In this document: piece after piece, positions 29,290 to 39,761 of the stretch
How positions within the stretch are numbered: position 1 is the stretch's first letter
Layout: every line of letters starts with the position of its first letter
Source of the DNA: Candidatus Bathyarchaeia archaeon
GTDB lineage: Archaea > Thermoproteota > Bathyarchaeia > Bathyarchaeales > Bathycorpusculaceae
NCBI GenBank assembly: GCA_049521795.1
Contig: JBEKOM010000001.1
Span: forward strand, 32,001-96,000
Direction of reading: 5' to 3'
DNA length: 64,000 bases
Position numbers and translations under genes: made by a program
The notes under the pieces: generated by a model
What the model was told of the DNA's origin: nothing
What the model saw: only the letters and a program-made list of their open reading frames with translations
Databases searched by the model: none

Positions 29290-30441
29290 CTACGCTCGTT
29301 CTGTTCTTCGCTTGTAGCCGTATTTTTCAGGGTCGTAGAGCGGGAACGCTTCTATCTTGCTCTTTGTCATCTTGCCGCGTATGTTTACGTTTATGAGTGT
29401 GCCTTTTTCGGCATAGGAAGCTTGAACATACCCCATACCGACGCCGCACTTAAGAAGCGGCGAAAAAGTGCCGCTCGTCACCCGACCAATCCTTTCCCCT
29501 ACGGGCGAATAGATTTCAAAACCTGGTCTAGGTATTCCCTGATCAGTCATCCCTATTCCAATGCGTTTGCGTTTCAATCCTTCAGTTTTCTGTTTAAGCA
29601 ACGCTTCTTTCCCAATGAATCTTTCCTTCTGCAGTTTTACAACGAAGCCAAGTCCTGCTTCTAGAGGCGTTGTACCTTCATCGATGTCATTTCCGTAGAG
29701 ACACAGCCCAGCTTCAAGTCGGAGTGTGTCTCTGGCTCCTAGGCCGCAAGGTTCTATTCCGAAGTTCTTACCAGCTTCGATAATCGCGTTCCACACTTTC
29801 ACAGCCAAGTCTGGCTTCTCTAGTGAAGCGTCCCACACGAAGACTTCGAACCCGTCTTCTCCAGTGTAACCTGTTCGAGAAAGAAAAACATCCACATCTG
29901 CCAGACGCGAATGACCACACTTGAACCTTCCAATTTCACCTAGGTCTTTACTGGAGGTTTTCTGAAGCGTCTTTTCAGCATTCGGACCTTGAACTGCAAA
30001 CATTGCCACGTTATCCGACACATCCTCAATCCTCACATTGAAGCCCTTCGCATTCTTGATAAACCAGTTGTAATCCTTTTCACGATTGCTCGCGTTGAAG
30101 ACTACTAGAAACTTTTCTGTCTCAAGCCGATACACGACAAAGTCGTCTACTATACCGCCAGTTTGAATGCACATGACCGAGTATTGGGCACTGTCCGATG
30201 AGAGGATCGAGACATCGTTCGTCATGACGTAGTTCAAAAAACGTTCTGCGTCAGCACCTGTGACCACCACGCGCCCCATGTGGCTGATGTCAAAGATGCC
30301 GACGCTGTTGCGTACAGCCATATGTTCAGGTGCTATGTCTTTGTAGTAAAGCGGCATTTCAAAGCCTGCGAAGACCGTTAGTTTAGCTGCTTTCATATGC
30401 ATTTCGTGTAGTTGTGTCCTTCGGATTGCTTCGCCGTTCAA
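29290..30441 (-). CDS. gcvT: Glycine cleavage system aminomethyltransferase T
   Basis: FDISHMG, SRTGYTGEDGFE, GLGARDTLRLEAG. Confidence 0.95.
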   Translation of the reverse strand: MNGEAIRRTQLHEMHMKAAKLTVFAGFEMPLYYKDIAPEHMAVRNSVGIFDISHMGRVVVTGADAERFLNYVMTNDVSILSSDSAQYSVMCIQTGGIVDDFVVYRLETEKFLVVFNASNREKDYNWFIKNAKGFNVRIEDVSDNVAMFAVQGPNAEKTLQKTSSKDLGEIGRFKCGHSRLADVDVFLSRTGYTGEDGFEVFVWDASLEKPDLAVKVWNAIIEAGKNFGIEPCGLGARDTLRLEAGLCLYGNDIDEGTTPLEAGLGFVVKLQKERFIGKEALLKQKTEGLKRKRIGIGMTDQGIPRPGFEIYSPVGERIGRVTSGTFSPLLKCGVGMGYVQASYAEKGTLINVNIRGKMTKSKIEAFPLYDPEKYGYKRRTERA

Positions 30442-30461
30442 ACCTCTATCCTCTTTAAGAA

Positions 30462-30626
30462 CTATTTAGCAGGCTTCACGTCCACATCGATAGGTATAAG
30501 GGAAAGCTTCTTCCCACACTTCGGGCATTTTCCCTCGAGCTCGTGCAAGATCTCATCAGGGGGTCGCAATTCAGCACCTTCATACAGTATGTGACCGCAT
30601 CCTTCACAGGCAACTCGTTGAGGCAT
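30462..30626 (-). CDS. 54-aa zinc-ribbon protein (not in ORF track)
   Basis: MPQRVACEGCGHILYEG...GKCPKCGKKL. Confidence 0.75.
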   Translation of the reverse strand: MPQRVACEGCGHILYEGAELRPPDEILHELEGKCPKCGKKLSLIPIDVDVKPAK

Positions 30627-31140
30627 GACAACTGTGCTCCTAGTGATGATAAAAGAAGTAAACGACCATGACGTATTTATCGGTTGCTAGGCAAGCGAAC
30701 TCGATCCCGTTCAATGCAGCACGTGATGTCCTGATTCTGAATTGCAGGCCGTTCCCAGTTTCGCTTTTTCACACCACTAACGAACCCACCCCTAGGTTTT
30801 TTCTGCAGCAAACACCGCGATGCGATCTTTAACGGATGCCTAAATCCTTCTCGATCATTGACCTGCCACTTTCAGCATGAAAGTCGGAACTTGTGCTAGG
30901 TCGCCAACTTCATCGGTTTCCTGCCATAGCCTTTCCCAGCTTTCAAACCTTGACCTTGTTACTTCACGTCTCAAGGAGATAGAACATAGTTTGTCATTTT
31001 TCAGCCTTCTTGATTCGTGCCAGTCTCCGGAAAAGACGCCATGGAGCAACGAAGCCGCCAAGGCAGGCAAAATCTTAATCTCCTCTCAACCTTTACTTTG
31101 AACGATATGTGGGAAGAAATATCAGCGGCTCGTATAACGT

Positions 31141-33216
31141 ATGAATAGGTACACCCTGATCATAACGGAGAAGCCGGATGCTGCACGAAGAATCGCCTGT
31201 GCCCTTGACGAACTGGAAAAGCCCAGGAAACTGTCGGACAACGGCGTGCCTTACTACGTAGCTAAGCGTGACGCGGAAATAGTTGTAGTTCCAGCCTTGG
31301 GTCATCTGTACACGATTGCTGACGAGCTGAAGGGAAGAAACCACTACCCGGTCTTCAATTTTAGATGGGTGCCGAGATACGTTGCCGAGAGAGGAGCAGC
31401 CCGGATTCGCGACTGGCTTCAGACTATCACGACGTTGGCAAAGAACGCTGAAGTTTTTATCGATGCTTGCGACTTCGACGTGGAAGGGTGCGTCATCGGT
31501 TACTGCATACTTAAACATGCTTGCGGGGGCAAGGAACACGTATCCAAGCGAATGAAATTCTCAACTCTGACGAAGCGGGAATTGGAAAAAGCCTACGCTC
31601 AACCATTACCACACTTGGATTTTGGCCTGATAGAAGCAGGACTTACGAGGCACGAAGTCGATTGGCTGTACGGCATAAACCTTTCAAGGGCCCTTACTAT
31701 CGCAACCAGAAAATGCAGCGGGAAGTACGCAACACTAACTACCGGAAGAGTCCAAGGCCCAACTCTAAAGTTTCTCGTTGCAAGAGAAGAAGCTATCAGA
31801 AGCTTCGTGCCGACGCCGTACTGGAAAATCAGAGCCCAAGTCGAGATCGACGGCCGAATCTTTGAAGCGAGATACGTAGAAGAAAGAATTGAGAACAGGA
31901 ACGAAGCGGAAACTATCGCAAACTCTTGCATAGACAAGAAAGGGCAGGTTGAAGAAATCGAGATCAAACAATTCAAGCAACCACCACCCTTCCCTTTTAA
32001 CCTAGGGACCCTGCAGAATGAAGCTTACAGCCTGTTCAGGTATACGCCTCGACGCACTTTGAACACAGCACAACAACTCTACTTAGACGCATTAATCTCC
32101 TATCCAAGAACTGACAGTCAGAGACTCCCGTCGACTGAAGACTATAGAACGATACTGAAAAACTTGATGAAAGACGACCGGTACAGTGAGTTTGCGTCGG
32201 AACTTCTCGCTAAACAGGCACTTAAACCGAACGAGGGAAAGAAAGACGACCCAGCACACCCAGCCATCTATCCAACTGGAAACCTGCCGCGGCGAGCCCT
32301 TGAAACATCCGAGAGAAAGGTTTGGGATCTAGTCGTCCGAAGGTTCATGGCTACTTTCAGCGAGCCAGCAGTAAAGCAGAACATGAAAGTCCACATCAAA
32401 ATCAACGGACACCGCTTTCACTTCAATGGGAAGCGAATACTGGTCCATGGATGGATGCACTACTACCAGCCTTACGTCAAGTTTGATGAAATCCTGCTGC
32501 CGCCGATAAAGAAGGGGCAGATCATCAACGTCGAAAAAACAAATCTAGAAGAAACGTTCACTGAACCACCGTCACGGTACAATCCAAGCAGTCTTCTCAA
32601 GGATATGGAAGACGCAAGAATCGGCACAAAAGCGACAAGGGCCGACATAATGCAAACACTTTGTGACAGAAAATACATTGAAGGCGAAAAAATGACTGTG
32701 ACGAGCTTGGGCTTCGAAGTTTTCGATGTCTTGAAAAAACACTGCCCATCAGTCGTTTCCACAGCCTTAACGAGAAAACTCGAAGAAAAGATGGACAGAA
32801 TTCGGGAGAACAGGGAAACTAGGGAAAATGTTTTGGCTGATGTCATCGGAATGCTTGACCCCTTGTTAGCAGCCTTCAAGAAAGACGAGAGGGTCGTTGG
32901 GGAACAACTAGACAATGCTTTGGAAAGATCAAAGCTAGAAGAAAGAATAATTGGCGTTTGCCCAGTGTGCAAAACTGGAAAACTCATCACAAACTACTCA
33001 AGAAAAACTGGAAAACGCTTCATCGGCTGCACGAACTACTTTAAGGGGTTGTGTAAAACCTCATTCCCGCTTCCACAAAGAGGCACGATAAGGTCAACTG
33101 GAAAAAAATGCCCTGCATGCGGTTGGCCCACTGTTCAAGTGGGTACAAAGAGACATTCATGGGTTTTGTGCTTCAACCTTGAATGCAACTCAAAAACAGG
33201 AAATGAAAAGATTTGA
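31141..33216 (+). CDS. topA: Type IA DNA topoisomerase
   Basis: TOPRIM TEKP and DFDVEG; GRVQ; ISYPRT catalytic Tyr; C-terminal zinc ribbons. Confidence 0.95.
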   Translation: MNRYTLIITEKPDAARRIACALDELEKPRKLSDNGVPYYVAKRDAEIVVVPALGHLYTIADELKGRNHYPVFNFRWVPRYVAERGAARIRDWLQTITTLAKNAEVFIDACDFDVEGCVIGYCILKHACGGKEHVSKRMKFSTLTKRELEKAYAQPLPHLDFGLIEAGLTRHEVDWLYGINLSRALTIATRKCSGKYATLTTGRVQGPTLKFLVAREEAIRSFVPTPYWKIRAQVEIDGRIFEARYVEERIENRNEAETIANSCIDKKGQVEEIEIKQFKQPPPFPFNLGTLQNEAYSLFRYTPRRTLNTAQQLYLDALISYPRTDSQRLPSTEDYRTILKNLMKDDRYSEFASELLAKQALKPNEGKKDDPAHPAIYPTGNLPRRALETSERKVWDLVVRRFMATFSEPAVKQNMKVHIKINGHRFHFNGKRILVHGWMHYYQPYVKFDEILLPPIKKGQIINVEKTNLEETFTEPPSRYNPSSLLKDMEDARIGTKATRADIMQTLCDRKYIEGEKMTVTSLGFEVFDVLKKHCPSVVSTALTRKLEEKMDRIRENRETRENVLADVIGMLDPLLAAFKKDERVVGEQLDNALERSKLEERIIGVCPVCKTGKLITNYSRKTGKRFIGCTNYFKGLCKTSFPLPQRGTIRSTGKKCPACGWPTVQVGTKRHSWVLCFNLECNSKTGNEKI

Positions 33217-33446
33217 AATGTGCAGTATGCGACAGAAAATCGGGCGCAGACAAGTATTGCAGGTTGCATGAGAAAGCCTACGAAAACATCGCCAGAAGTT
33301 ATGCCCAATGGAGAAAGGCATTTGAGATTTCTTGGAAAGAGTATTTAAGTCAGATTGCCAACAATCCATTAACAGGAGAATGGGTGAAAGAAGTCGCCGA
33401 GCATCTTATGAAAAGTGGAGAGCAGATAGATGTCAAAAACGGTTAA
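33213..33446 (+). CDS. Small Cys-rich hypothetical protein coupled to topA
   Basis: CAVC...YCRLH; overlaps the topA stop. Confidence 0.7.
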   Translation: MKCAVCDRKSGADKYCRLHEKAYENIARSYAQWRKAFEISWKEYLSQIANNPLTGEWVKEVAEHLMKSGEQIDVKNG

Positions 33447-33855
33447 GAGAAGCATCTCTTCATTGTCATTTTCATTAAACAAACTTTATCGGACAATATC
33501 GAGTGCAAGACCATCAAATCTCATCATTCCATTTCTCTCGATAGCATTCACCGTATTCCTGTTCGGAGGTGGGGTGTACGACTTGATAATGAAACCGCTT
33601 CCAGCAGTCTATTACGGTGGGCGATTCCTTTTCCTCTACCCGTCGCTTTCCGACCAGTTCATAGGCGACAGCATCGTTTCAATGACCGTTTACGCCCTTG
33701 GAATTATCGGCTTGCTTACAGTTTATCAGAGCACCAAGTATGTGTACAAGCCAAGACAAGCCTATATGATGCTGATGATAGGAATTGTTCTTGTGATGTT
33801 GGCATACATATTTCTTGAGGCGTCATTACACTTCAAGTTGACTGGAGGGGCATGA
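33430..33855 (+). CDS. OST3/OST6 (OSTC/DC2)-like three-TM protein
   Basis: GG.YDLIMKP.P...FLYPSLSDQFIGD pattern resembling eukaryotic OST subunit C-terminal region. Confidence 0.55.
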   Translation: MSKTVKRSISSLSFSLNKLYRTISSARPSNLIIPFLSIAFTVFLFGGGVYDLIMKPLPAVYYGGRFLFLYPSLSDQFIGDSIVSMTVYALGIIGLLTVYQSTKYVYKPRQAYMMLMIGIVLVMLAYIFLEASLHFKLTGGA

Positions 33856-33872
33856 AAGCGCATCGCCTGGTA

Positions 33873-34370
33873 CTACCAGGGATTACTCTTTAGCCTCAAC
33901 TTGAAAGCCGCGAAGTTTGTTAACAGATGGATCGGGGGGGTGATCACTAGAATGGTGACAAGCAACTCCCAATTCCACGCGATAGAAAGTAGAAGCGAGA
34001 AGAGAATCGCACCTAATATGAAGTCTAGCTGATCTACAACCGGCAACAACCCGCCTGGAGGAATGTTAAGTCTCCGTTTTAGAAAGGCTCCAGCCAAGTC
34101 TCCAAACAGGGCGCCAAAAGACAGCAGCAAACCAAACATAATAGGATAATTGAAGGCCTTGCTCTCTGCCAAGCCTGCCACAGTTCCTACAGCCAGCCCT
34201 GCAAAAAAACCTCTAAAAGTCTTATTTTTTCCAAATACAGGCTTCCCATCTGGCAGCTTTTTTCCAAAATCAATAGCTAGTCCACCACCAGCAAGTACAG
34301 GAACGGCGTTCGCGCAATACGCTGGAAATATGAACTTTAACGCTTCAAAGACTAGGTGAATAAGATCCAT
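33873..34370 (-). CDS. carS: CDP-archaeol synthase
   Basis: PAYCANAVPV, IDFG...GKNKTFRG, GDLAGAFLKRRL, DQLDF. Confidence 0.92.
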   Translation of the reverse strand: MDLIHLVFEALKFIFPAYCANAVPVLAGGGLAIDFGKKLPDGKPVFGKNKTFRGFFAGLAVGTVAGLAESKAFNYPIMFGLLLSFGALFGDLAGAFLKRRLNIPPGGLLPVVDQLDFILGAILFSLLLSIAWNWELLVTILVITPPIHLLTNFAAFKLRLKSNPW

Positions 34371-34399
34371 CTACCTCACTCCATTTGATGACGCCCATA

Positions 34400-35098
34400 C
34401 TAGTGTATTCCAGATTCTTCAAGTCTTAGGTTGCAACTCATTGGAGCAAGACTCCGAGGGTTCTTTTCAACAGTTGCCGCGATATTTCGAGGGTTTTGAG
34501 TGAGCTTCATGTTGAGGACCGTGTCAGCCCAGAACTTTAGGACCCTTGTGGCAACAGGTTCGATGCTCACAGGAACTTGACTTAGAACACTGTGAACCTG
34601 ACTGGTCAATAGAACCAGGATTCTCTGGGTTCTGGCAGTCTGTGCTAGTTCTGCCAACTGTCTGTTTAGTTCTCGGTTAAGCTCAAACGTTTTTGAAGGA
34701 GACTCAGCGATCCTGAGCCGGTACAGCGCTGTTAAGGTGTCAAACACTACGAGTTTGAAATTCTGGTTTATATAATCAGTCAACTGATCCACAACCAGTG
34801 TCTGCTCACGAAAGTCATTCGGCCTGACTAGAATTATCAGTTCCGGGACTTCTTTGAACTGTTTTGGAACGATCTGAGAAAGCCTTTGAGCTGAAAACAT
34901 TCTATCCGAATCCACAAAGAGCGTTTTGTAGCCTTCTCTGGCACAGTTTGCGGCGCATTGCATGGACAGTGTTGTCTTTCCGGTTTCGGCCTCGCCATAG
35001 ACGAGAGCCACACTGTCAACCTGGAAGCCTCCCTGAAGGAAGTCGTCGATTGATCTGCAACCTGTTGGAATTTTCTCAAGCAAGTTCGAACACATCAA
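34400..35098 (-). CDS. radB: DNA repair protein RadB
   Basis: IPTGC.SID..L.GG; Walker A GEAETGKT; RecA core only. Confidence 0.8.
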   Translation of the reverse strand: MMCSNLLEKIPTGCRSIDDFLQGGFQVDSVALVYGEAETGKTTLSMQCAANCAREGYKTLFVDSDRMFSAQRLSQIVPKQFKEVPELIILVRPNDFREQTLVVDQLTDYINQNFKLVVFDTLTALYRLRIAESPSKTFELNRELNRQLAELAQTARTQRILVLLTSQVHSVLSQVPVSIEPVATRVLKFWADTVLNMKLTQNPRNIAATVEKNPRSLAPMSCNLRLEESGIH

Positions 35099-35164
35099 CA
35101 GGTATAAATCGCCGAATTATAATGTGTTTTTCTGTTCACAAGTCTCAAGCCGTTTGGAAGTCTC

Positions 35165-35800
35165 ATGAAAGCGAAAATAGCCGTTGCAACAGTTTCAGGG
35201 AAAGCCTATTTCCTCATCGTAAGCGAACTTAAGAGAAAGAATGTTCCTTTTCTAAGCTTAACTCCGTTCGAACCCGTTCCAATAGAAGTCAAGGTTGTTG
35301 TAACGACCGAAGAGGAAAAGGAATTGATAAGTCATGAAGAAATATTAGCCTATAAGGATGGAATGGAAACAGTTGCGCTCATAAACGAAGCTTTGCAAAT
35401 TGTTCATGGAAAAGAGTCTTATGAAAAGGTGACTATAGGTGTCGACCCAGGTGAGGTTTTCGGATTGGCAGTTCTGGCCGGTGGCAGAGTGGTTGAGACA
35501 GGAAACTGTTACAGCGTTGATGAGACTCTGCATAAGATAGAGACAATAATTAGGGGCCTTGAGCATGTTCCAGTTTCAGCGATTTCAGTGAAGGTAGGCG
35601 ATGGGGTTCCTACGTGCAAGGAAAGGCTTTTACATGAATTGGACAGGGCCCTGTCCCCCAACGTGGTGTTGGAGAGCGTTGGAGAAGCTGGTACGAACCG
35701 TCGGCTGAACGAAGCGAAACACAGAAGAGGCTTAAGAGATATTGTTTCTGCGATTCAGATAGCAGGGAGAAGCGGTCACACATTTCAAAGGAGGAAGTAG
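35165..35800 (+). CDS. Hypothetical protein with RNase H-like (YqgF/RuvC-type) motif
   Basis: IGVDPG..GLAV; VGDG; E.GT; DIVSA..IA. Confidence 0.6.
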   Translation: MKAKIAVATVSGKAYFLIVSELKRKNVPFLSLTPFEPVPIEVKVVVTTEEEKELISHEEILAYKDGMETVALINEALQIVHGKESYEKVTIGVDPGEVFGLAVLAGGRVVETGNCYSVDETLHKIETIIRGLEHVPVSAISVKVGDGVPTCKERLLHELDRALSPNVVLESVGEAGTNRRLNEAKHRRGLRDIVSAIQIAGRSGHTFQRRK

Positions 35801-35801
35801 A

Positions 35802-37115
35802 GTGAATCGTACAGTTGAAAAAGGCAAGACTCTTCTAGTTGACGGCCCAGCCGCGGTCACTGTGAATTCGGGCAAGGTAGAAGTTTTCGGGTCAGTGATA
35901 AGGGAAACAGGCAAAGTTGTCATACGTGAAGGAAAAAGGTTACCCTTCGCAGTCGAAGAAAAGACTATTCTCGACATTTCACTAGGCGAAAACGCAGCCT
36001 TGGAGGAAGTTGATGGCAACACTATCCCCTCCTCCTGGACTGAGTCAGCTCAAGAACTTCTGAACCTACAGATCAGACCCGCAACGGCAATGATCTTCGG
36101 AACTGCGGACGCCGGAAAGACCAGTTTCTGCACATACTTGATAAACAGAGTCTTACGCGAAAAACGTAAAATCGCAGTTTTGGACGGAGACCTGGGTCAA
36201 TCAGACATTGGACCACCTTCAACCGTTGCCTACACCTTTGTGACCAAACCATTAACCGACCTCTTTAACTTGCAAGCAAAAAACGCTGTTTTCATCGGTG
36301 AAACATCACCGGGCAACGCCGTGGACAAGATGATCGAAGGCCTTTCACTTCTGAAAAAAGAGATCATGGCTAGCAATCCTGAGTTTCTTATCGTGAACAC
36401 TGACGGTTGGGTTGAAGGAGAATGTGCCGTTCCGTACAAACTCAAACTTGCAGAGGAGCTTAAGCCTGAAGTGATATTCTGCATGGAGCAAAAAGACGAA
36501 CTGGCACCATTGCTCACTGCCCTGGAAAAATTCAAGAAGACAACCGTTGAATCGCCTACCGCAATAAGACAGAGGGACAGGGAGAAACGTAAAACCCTCC
36601 GCGAGCTTGGATACAAAAAATACTTGCGAAACCCAAGAGTCCAGTCGCTTTCGTTGAACTGGCTAAAAGTCGAGGGAAACGATTCTTTTGGCCTGAACAA
36701 GACCCACATGAACAGCATGGGAGCAAGAAGAATATGCGATCTTCTTGGAATGAAACCTCTGCAACTATCTGTGTTAAGCGATAAAATCAGCATAGTCATA
36801 GGAAGAAGACGCTGGATTGACTCGGACAAAATAAACAAGGTTGAGCAGTTGACCAAGAAGAGGGTCATAGTAACTAGGAAAGGCGAAGAGGAAGGCCTGC
36901 TTGCAGCCTTATATGACGATGGGAGAAGATTTCTCGGGATCGGCATCTTGCAGGAAGTAGACTACCTTAGGAAGACCGTGAAAGTCGTCACCCCCGTGTC
37001 CGAAGAAGTCTCAATCCTCGCCTTAGGAAAAGTGAAGCTCGACAGGAACATGAAAGAGATCTCTCTGACTGAAGAAAACAACGTGGACTTTGCATCTTTC
37101 AAAAAGCTTTTTTGA
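35802..37115 (+). CDS. Clp1/Grc3 polynucleotide 5'-hydroxyl kinase
   Basis: GTADAGKT, DGDLGQSDIGPP, NTDGW. Confidence 0.88.
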   Translation: MNRTVEKGKTLLVDGPAAVTVNSGKVEVFGSVIRETGKVVIREGKRLPFAVEEKTILDISLGENAALEEVDGNTIPSSWTESAQELLNLQIRPATAMIFGTADAGKTSFCTYLINRVLREKRKIAVLDGDLGQSDIGPPSTVAYTFVTKPLTDLFNLQAKNAVFIGETSPGNAVDKMIEGLSLLKKEIMASNPEFLIVNTDGWVEGECAVPYKLKLAEELKPEVIFCMEQKDELAPLLTALEKFKKTTVESPTAIRQRDREKRKTLRELGYKKYLRNPRVQSLSLNWLKVEGNDSFGLNKTHMNSMGARRICDLLGMKPLQLSVLSDKISIVIGRRRWIDSDKINKVEQLTKKRVIVTRKGEEEGLLAALYDDGRRFLGIGILQEVDYLRKTVKVVTPVSEEVSILALGKVKLDRNMKEISLTEENNVDFASFKKLF

Positions 37116-37154
37116 AAAGGCGGGCATTGACACGAGAGTCCGCGGGACAAAGGA

Positions 37155-37772
37155 CTATGAACTCTTCTTCAACTGACCTGCACCCTTTACAAGACTGAGT
37201 ATTAGATTCCACATCACCTTGGTTCTCCGTGGATTCTGGCACCTGTCAAAATGAAAGCACGTCACGCCCAGTTCTTTGCACTTAGCTATGTTCCTCTTTG
37301 AGTCGTCTACTAACAAAACCTCGTTGGGGCCGACCTTTGACTTATCTAAAATGTATGCAATCTGTGCCTTCTTGCTGGGCAATCTTTCTCTAGTCAAAAT
37401 CTCTCTGAAGTAACATTTTAGATCATGTTCACGAAGAAACTTTTCGACCACCACGGCACTTTGCATTGAAACTACGTACGTCTCAGAACAAGTTACAGAA
37501 ATCTTTTGCAGGAATTCCTTGAAAAACGGTGTAGGCTCTGCGTTTTTCAGAGCCTCGAGTTCCAGTTTCTCCATTTCGCTACTCACTATCTGAAAACTTG
37601 AGGTGCCATGATAAGATTCGTAGAAGGTGAGCAGGCTTTTTATGTTGTAACCTGATATGGTAGATGCCAAACGTATTGCGGAGTTCCAGTCAACGTTTAG
37701 GTTTGTGATCACGCCGTCGAAATCAAGCGCGATCACCTTAACTTTGTTTTTCAGGTTTAGATTATTCTCCAT
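37155..37772 (-). CDS. HAD-family hydrolase
   Basis: ALDFDGVI motif I; LVDDS motif IV. Confidence 0.85.
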   Translation of the reverse strand: MENNLNLKNKVKVIALDFDGVITNLNVDWNSAIRLASTISGYNIKSLLTFYESYHGTSSFQIVSSEMEKLELEALKNAEPTPFFKEFLQKISVTCSETYVVSMQSAVVVEKFLREHDLKCYFREILTRERLPSKKAQIAYILDKSKVGPNEVLLVDDSKRNIAKCKELGVTCFHFDRCQNPRRTKVMWNLILSLVKGAGQLKKSS

Positions 37773-38863
37773 GTATTGTTATCACACTCAAGAATTACGC
37801 CGGCATCCAATTGCCGCACTAGGTAATAGTTGCCTGGAAACAAATCATAAGTGGGCAAGTCAACGCTTAGACTCCCGTTCAACCCTAACATTAGGTACGC
37901 GTAGGCTATGTTCAACTCTGGCTTCTTGAACGCTTTAGCAAAGGCGTACCCCCACAATGGGGCAGTTGTGTGCCATTTTCCGTCCACCTCTGTTATCATA
38001 GGCTTGCCAGTGATGTCTTCCTTAGCGTCTACTGAAAAAAAGCCATGTGGTTTAGAATCCAGTGCTTTGATTGCTTCCACGCCGACTCGATTTAGTTCTT
38101 GTTCTCTAACCGTTTTTGCTATGGTCGGTGTACCGGTGATTCCGGAAAGCGAAACGTGTTTCAAAGCATACTCTAGTCTCTCCCTGGCATAAGAGGTTAT
38201 CAGCTGCCCTTTGAACCAGAGTGAGTCAAATGCGAGGTCTCTTCCTGGTAGATATTCTTGGAGTATGAAGTCGCCGATAGCCGCTCGATTCTGAAGAGCG
38301 TTCAGTGTTACCCAATGTCGGGCCTGTTCCGGCGTGTCAACTTTTAAGCCAAGTCTTCCCCCAGCTCCATGCTTAGCTCTGATCCAGAGAGGGCGACCGA
38401 TCTCTGAAAATGCGTCATCAATGTTGTTGAGGGAATTTGGGGCCATCGTTCTCGGCACGGGAACGTTTTGCTTTGAAAGCGCATTGTGCATTTCCAGTTT
38501 GTCGGGCATTATTGACGTTGGTTTAGGCAAGTACGTTTCCACTTTTTCATTCTTGAATAAAACCGAGTTTTCTGAAACCACTCGTGCCTCACTACTAGGA
38601 TGAGGATGCAAGAACCTGATGGCATATTTTTTGATGAGTTTCAGAAGTGTTGGGACAAAGTTTGGGTCGTCGTGTCTAGGGGAGACGAATCTAACGTCTG
38701 CCTGAGGGAACTGAAGATAGTAAGGGTTGTGATCAGTGCACGCTAGGAACAATTTTGTGCTGTTTTGTGTTTCCGCCAGTCTCAATGCTCTAACGAAGTT
38801 GATTCCCCCGATTCCTCCTGTTCCGGTGACTAGTACGTTCGTTAAGCTGTCCATCTTTCTCAC
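37757..38863 (-). CDS. ATP-grasp ligase
   Basis: DKLEM...VPRT; ILQEYLPG; P.ITEVD. Confidence 0.8.
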   Translation of the reverse strand: MRKMDSLTNVLVTGTGGIGGINFVRALRLAETQNSTKLFLACTDHNPYYLQFPQADVRFVSPRHDDPNFVPTLLKLIKKYAIRFLHPHPSSEARVVSENSVLFKNEKVETYLPKPTSIMPDKLEMHNALSKQNVPVPRTMAPNSLNNIDDAFSEIGRPLWIRAKHGAGGRLGLKVDTPEQARHWVTLNALQNRAAIGDFILQEYLPGRDLAFDSLWFKGQLITSYARERLEYALKHVSLSGITGTPTIAKTVREQELNRVGVEAIKALDSKPHGFFSVDAKEDITGKPMITEVDGKWHTTAPLWGYAFAKAFKKPELNIAYAYLMLGLNGSLSVDLPTYDLFPGNYYLVRQLDAGVILECDNNTWRII

Positions 38864-38869
38864 CGATCA

Positions 38870-39691
38870 TTAATGCGTCCAATTCTTTGCTTTTTGCACT
38901 AGTTCAAAGGCTTCAATCCCTTTTAAAAAGGCCACATTTGAGTTGGAAGCGATTTGATTGATCAAGTCTGAGTATGCCCGCCCTCCCTTCATCATGATTG
39001 AATTATCGTGCCAGAGCAGCGTCATAATTTGAACGCCTGAAACGAAAAATCTTTCCATTGTCTTAAGCACAAATTTGATTATTGTTTTTTCTGTGAGACC
39101 CATATACGTAAATAGGTAGGCGTCCATGAATGTCACCGGGAAAACGACTAGACCGTTCTTACGCAGATAACCAGAATTTCTCGGGTCGACCCTTTCTTTG
39201 GAGTACGTCAGTGATGAGTCATATTTTAAACCTGCCTTAGCAAGGTTTGAAAAGGTGTTCTCAGAGACTTTCAAGTAGTGCACTCTTGACCCGTAAACTG
39301 ATCTTCCAACGGTTTTTTCAAGTGATCTCTTTTCGGAAAGGATCTCTCTGATGGTTGATGTGCTGTTTACGTGCAGACCTACTTCCCATCCGTTTTTCGC
39401 GAGTTCCTTCGTTGTATCTTCGTACTGCTCCACTGAGGTTCCGTCGTCGTATTTGGGTCGAAAGAAGAATGTGGAACGAATGTTGAATCTTTCTTCAATT
39501 TCCGTGACAGTTGGGACACCATAGTATGGATTGAAGCCTTCATCCGCAACCTTCCTCATTATGTCTGGATCGAATCTGCTTCGACGAGCCAAAATATGCG
39601 AGATTCCGGGACCTTTCCGAGGCCAATCGACATCATGCGTTACAACCAACGCGCGCATTCTTTCGGACAGAAGCGGCGAACTCGATTTCAA
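38870..39691 (-). CDS. Polysaccharide deacetylase family protein
   Basis: THDVD, STFFF, EVGLH, R.HYL, YDSS, LLWH. Confidence 0.85.
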   Translation of the reverse strand: MKSSSPLLSERMRALVVTHDVDWPRKGPGISHILARRSRFDPDIMRKVADEGFNPYYGVPTVTEIEERFNIRSTFFFRPKYDDGTSVEQYEDTTKELAKNGWEVGLHVNSTSTIREILSEKRSLEKTVGRSVYGSRVHYLKVSENTFSNLAKAGLKYDSSLTYSKERVDPRNSGYLRKNGLVVFPVTFMDAYLFTYMGLTEKTIIKFVLKTMERFFVSGVQIMTLLWHDNSIMMKGGRAYSDLINQIASNSNVAFLKGIEAFELVQKAKNWTH

Positions 39692-39761
39692 GTTGGGCCC
39701 CTTGTTGTTTTATCAATAGTTCTGCTCCTAATAAAGAACGCGCGCCCACAACTGGCTTGCT

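Noticed and set aside
30855-31101. Overlapping short ORFs upstream of topA
   Set aside because: No motifs or convincing start signals on either strand
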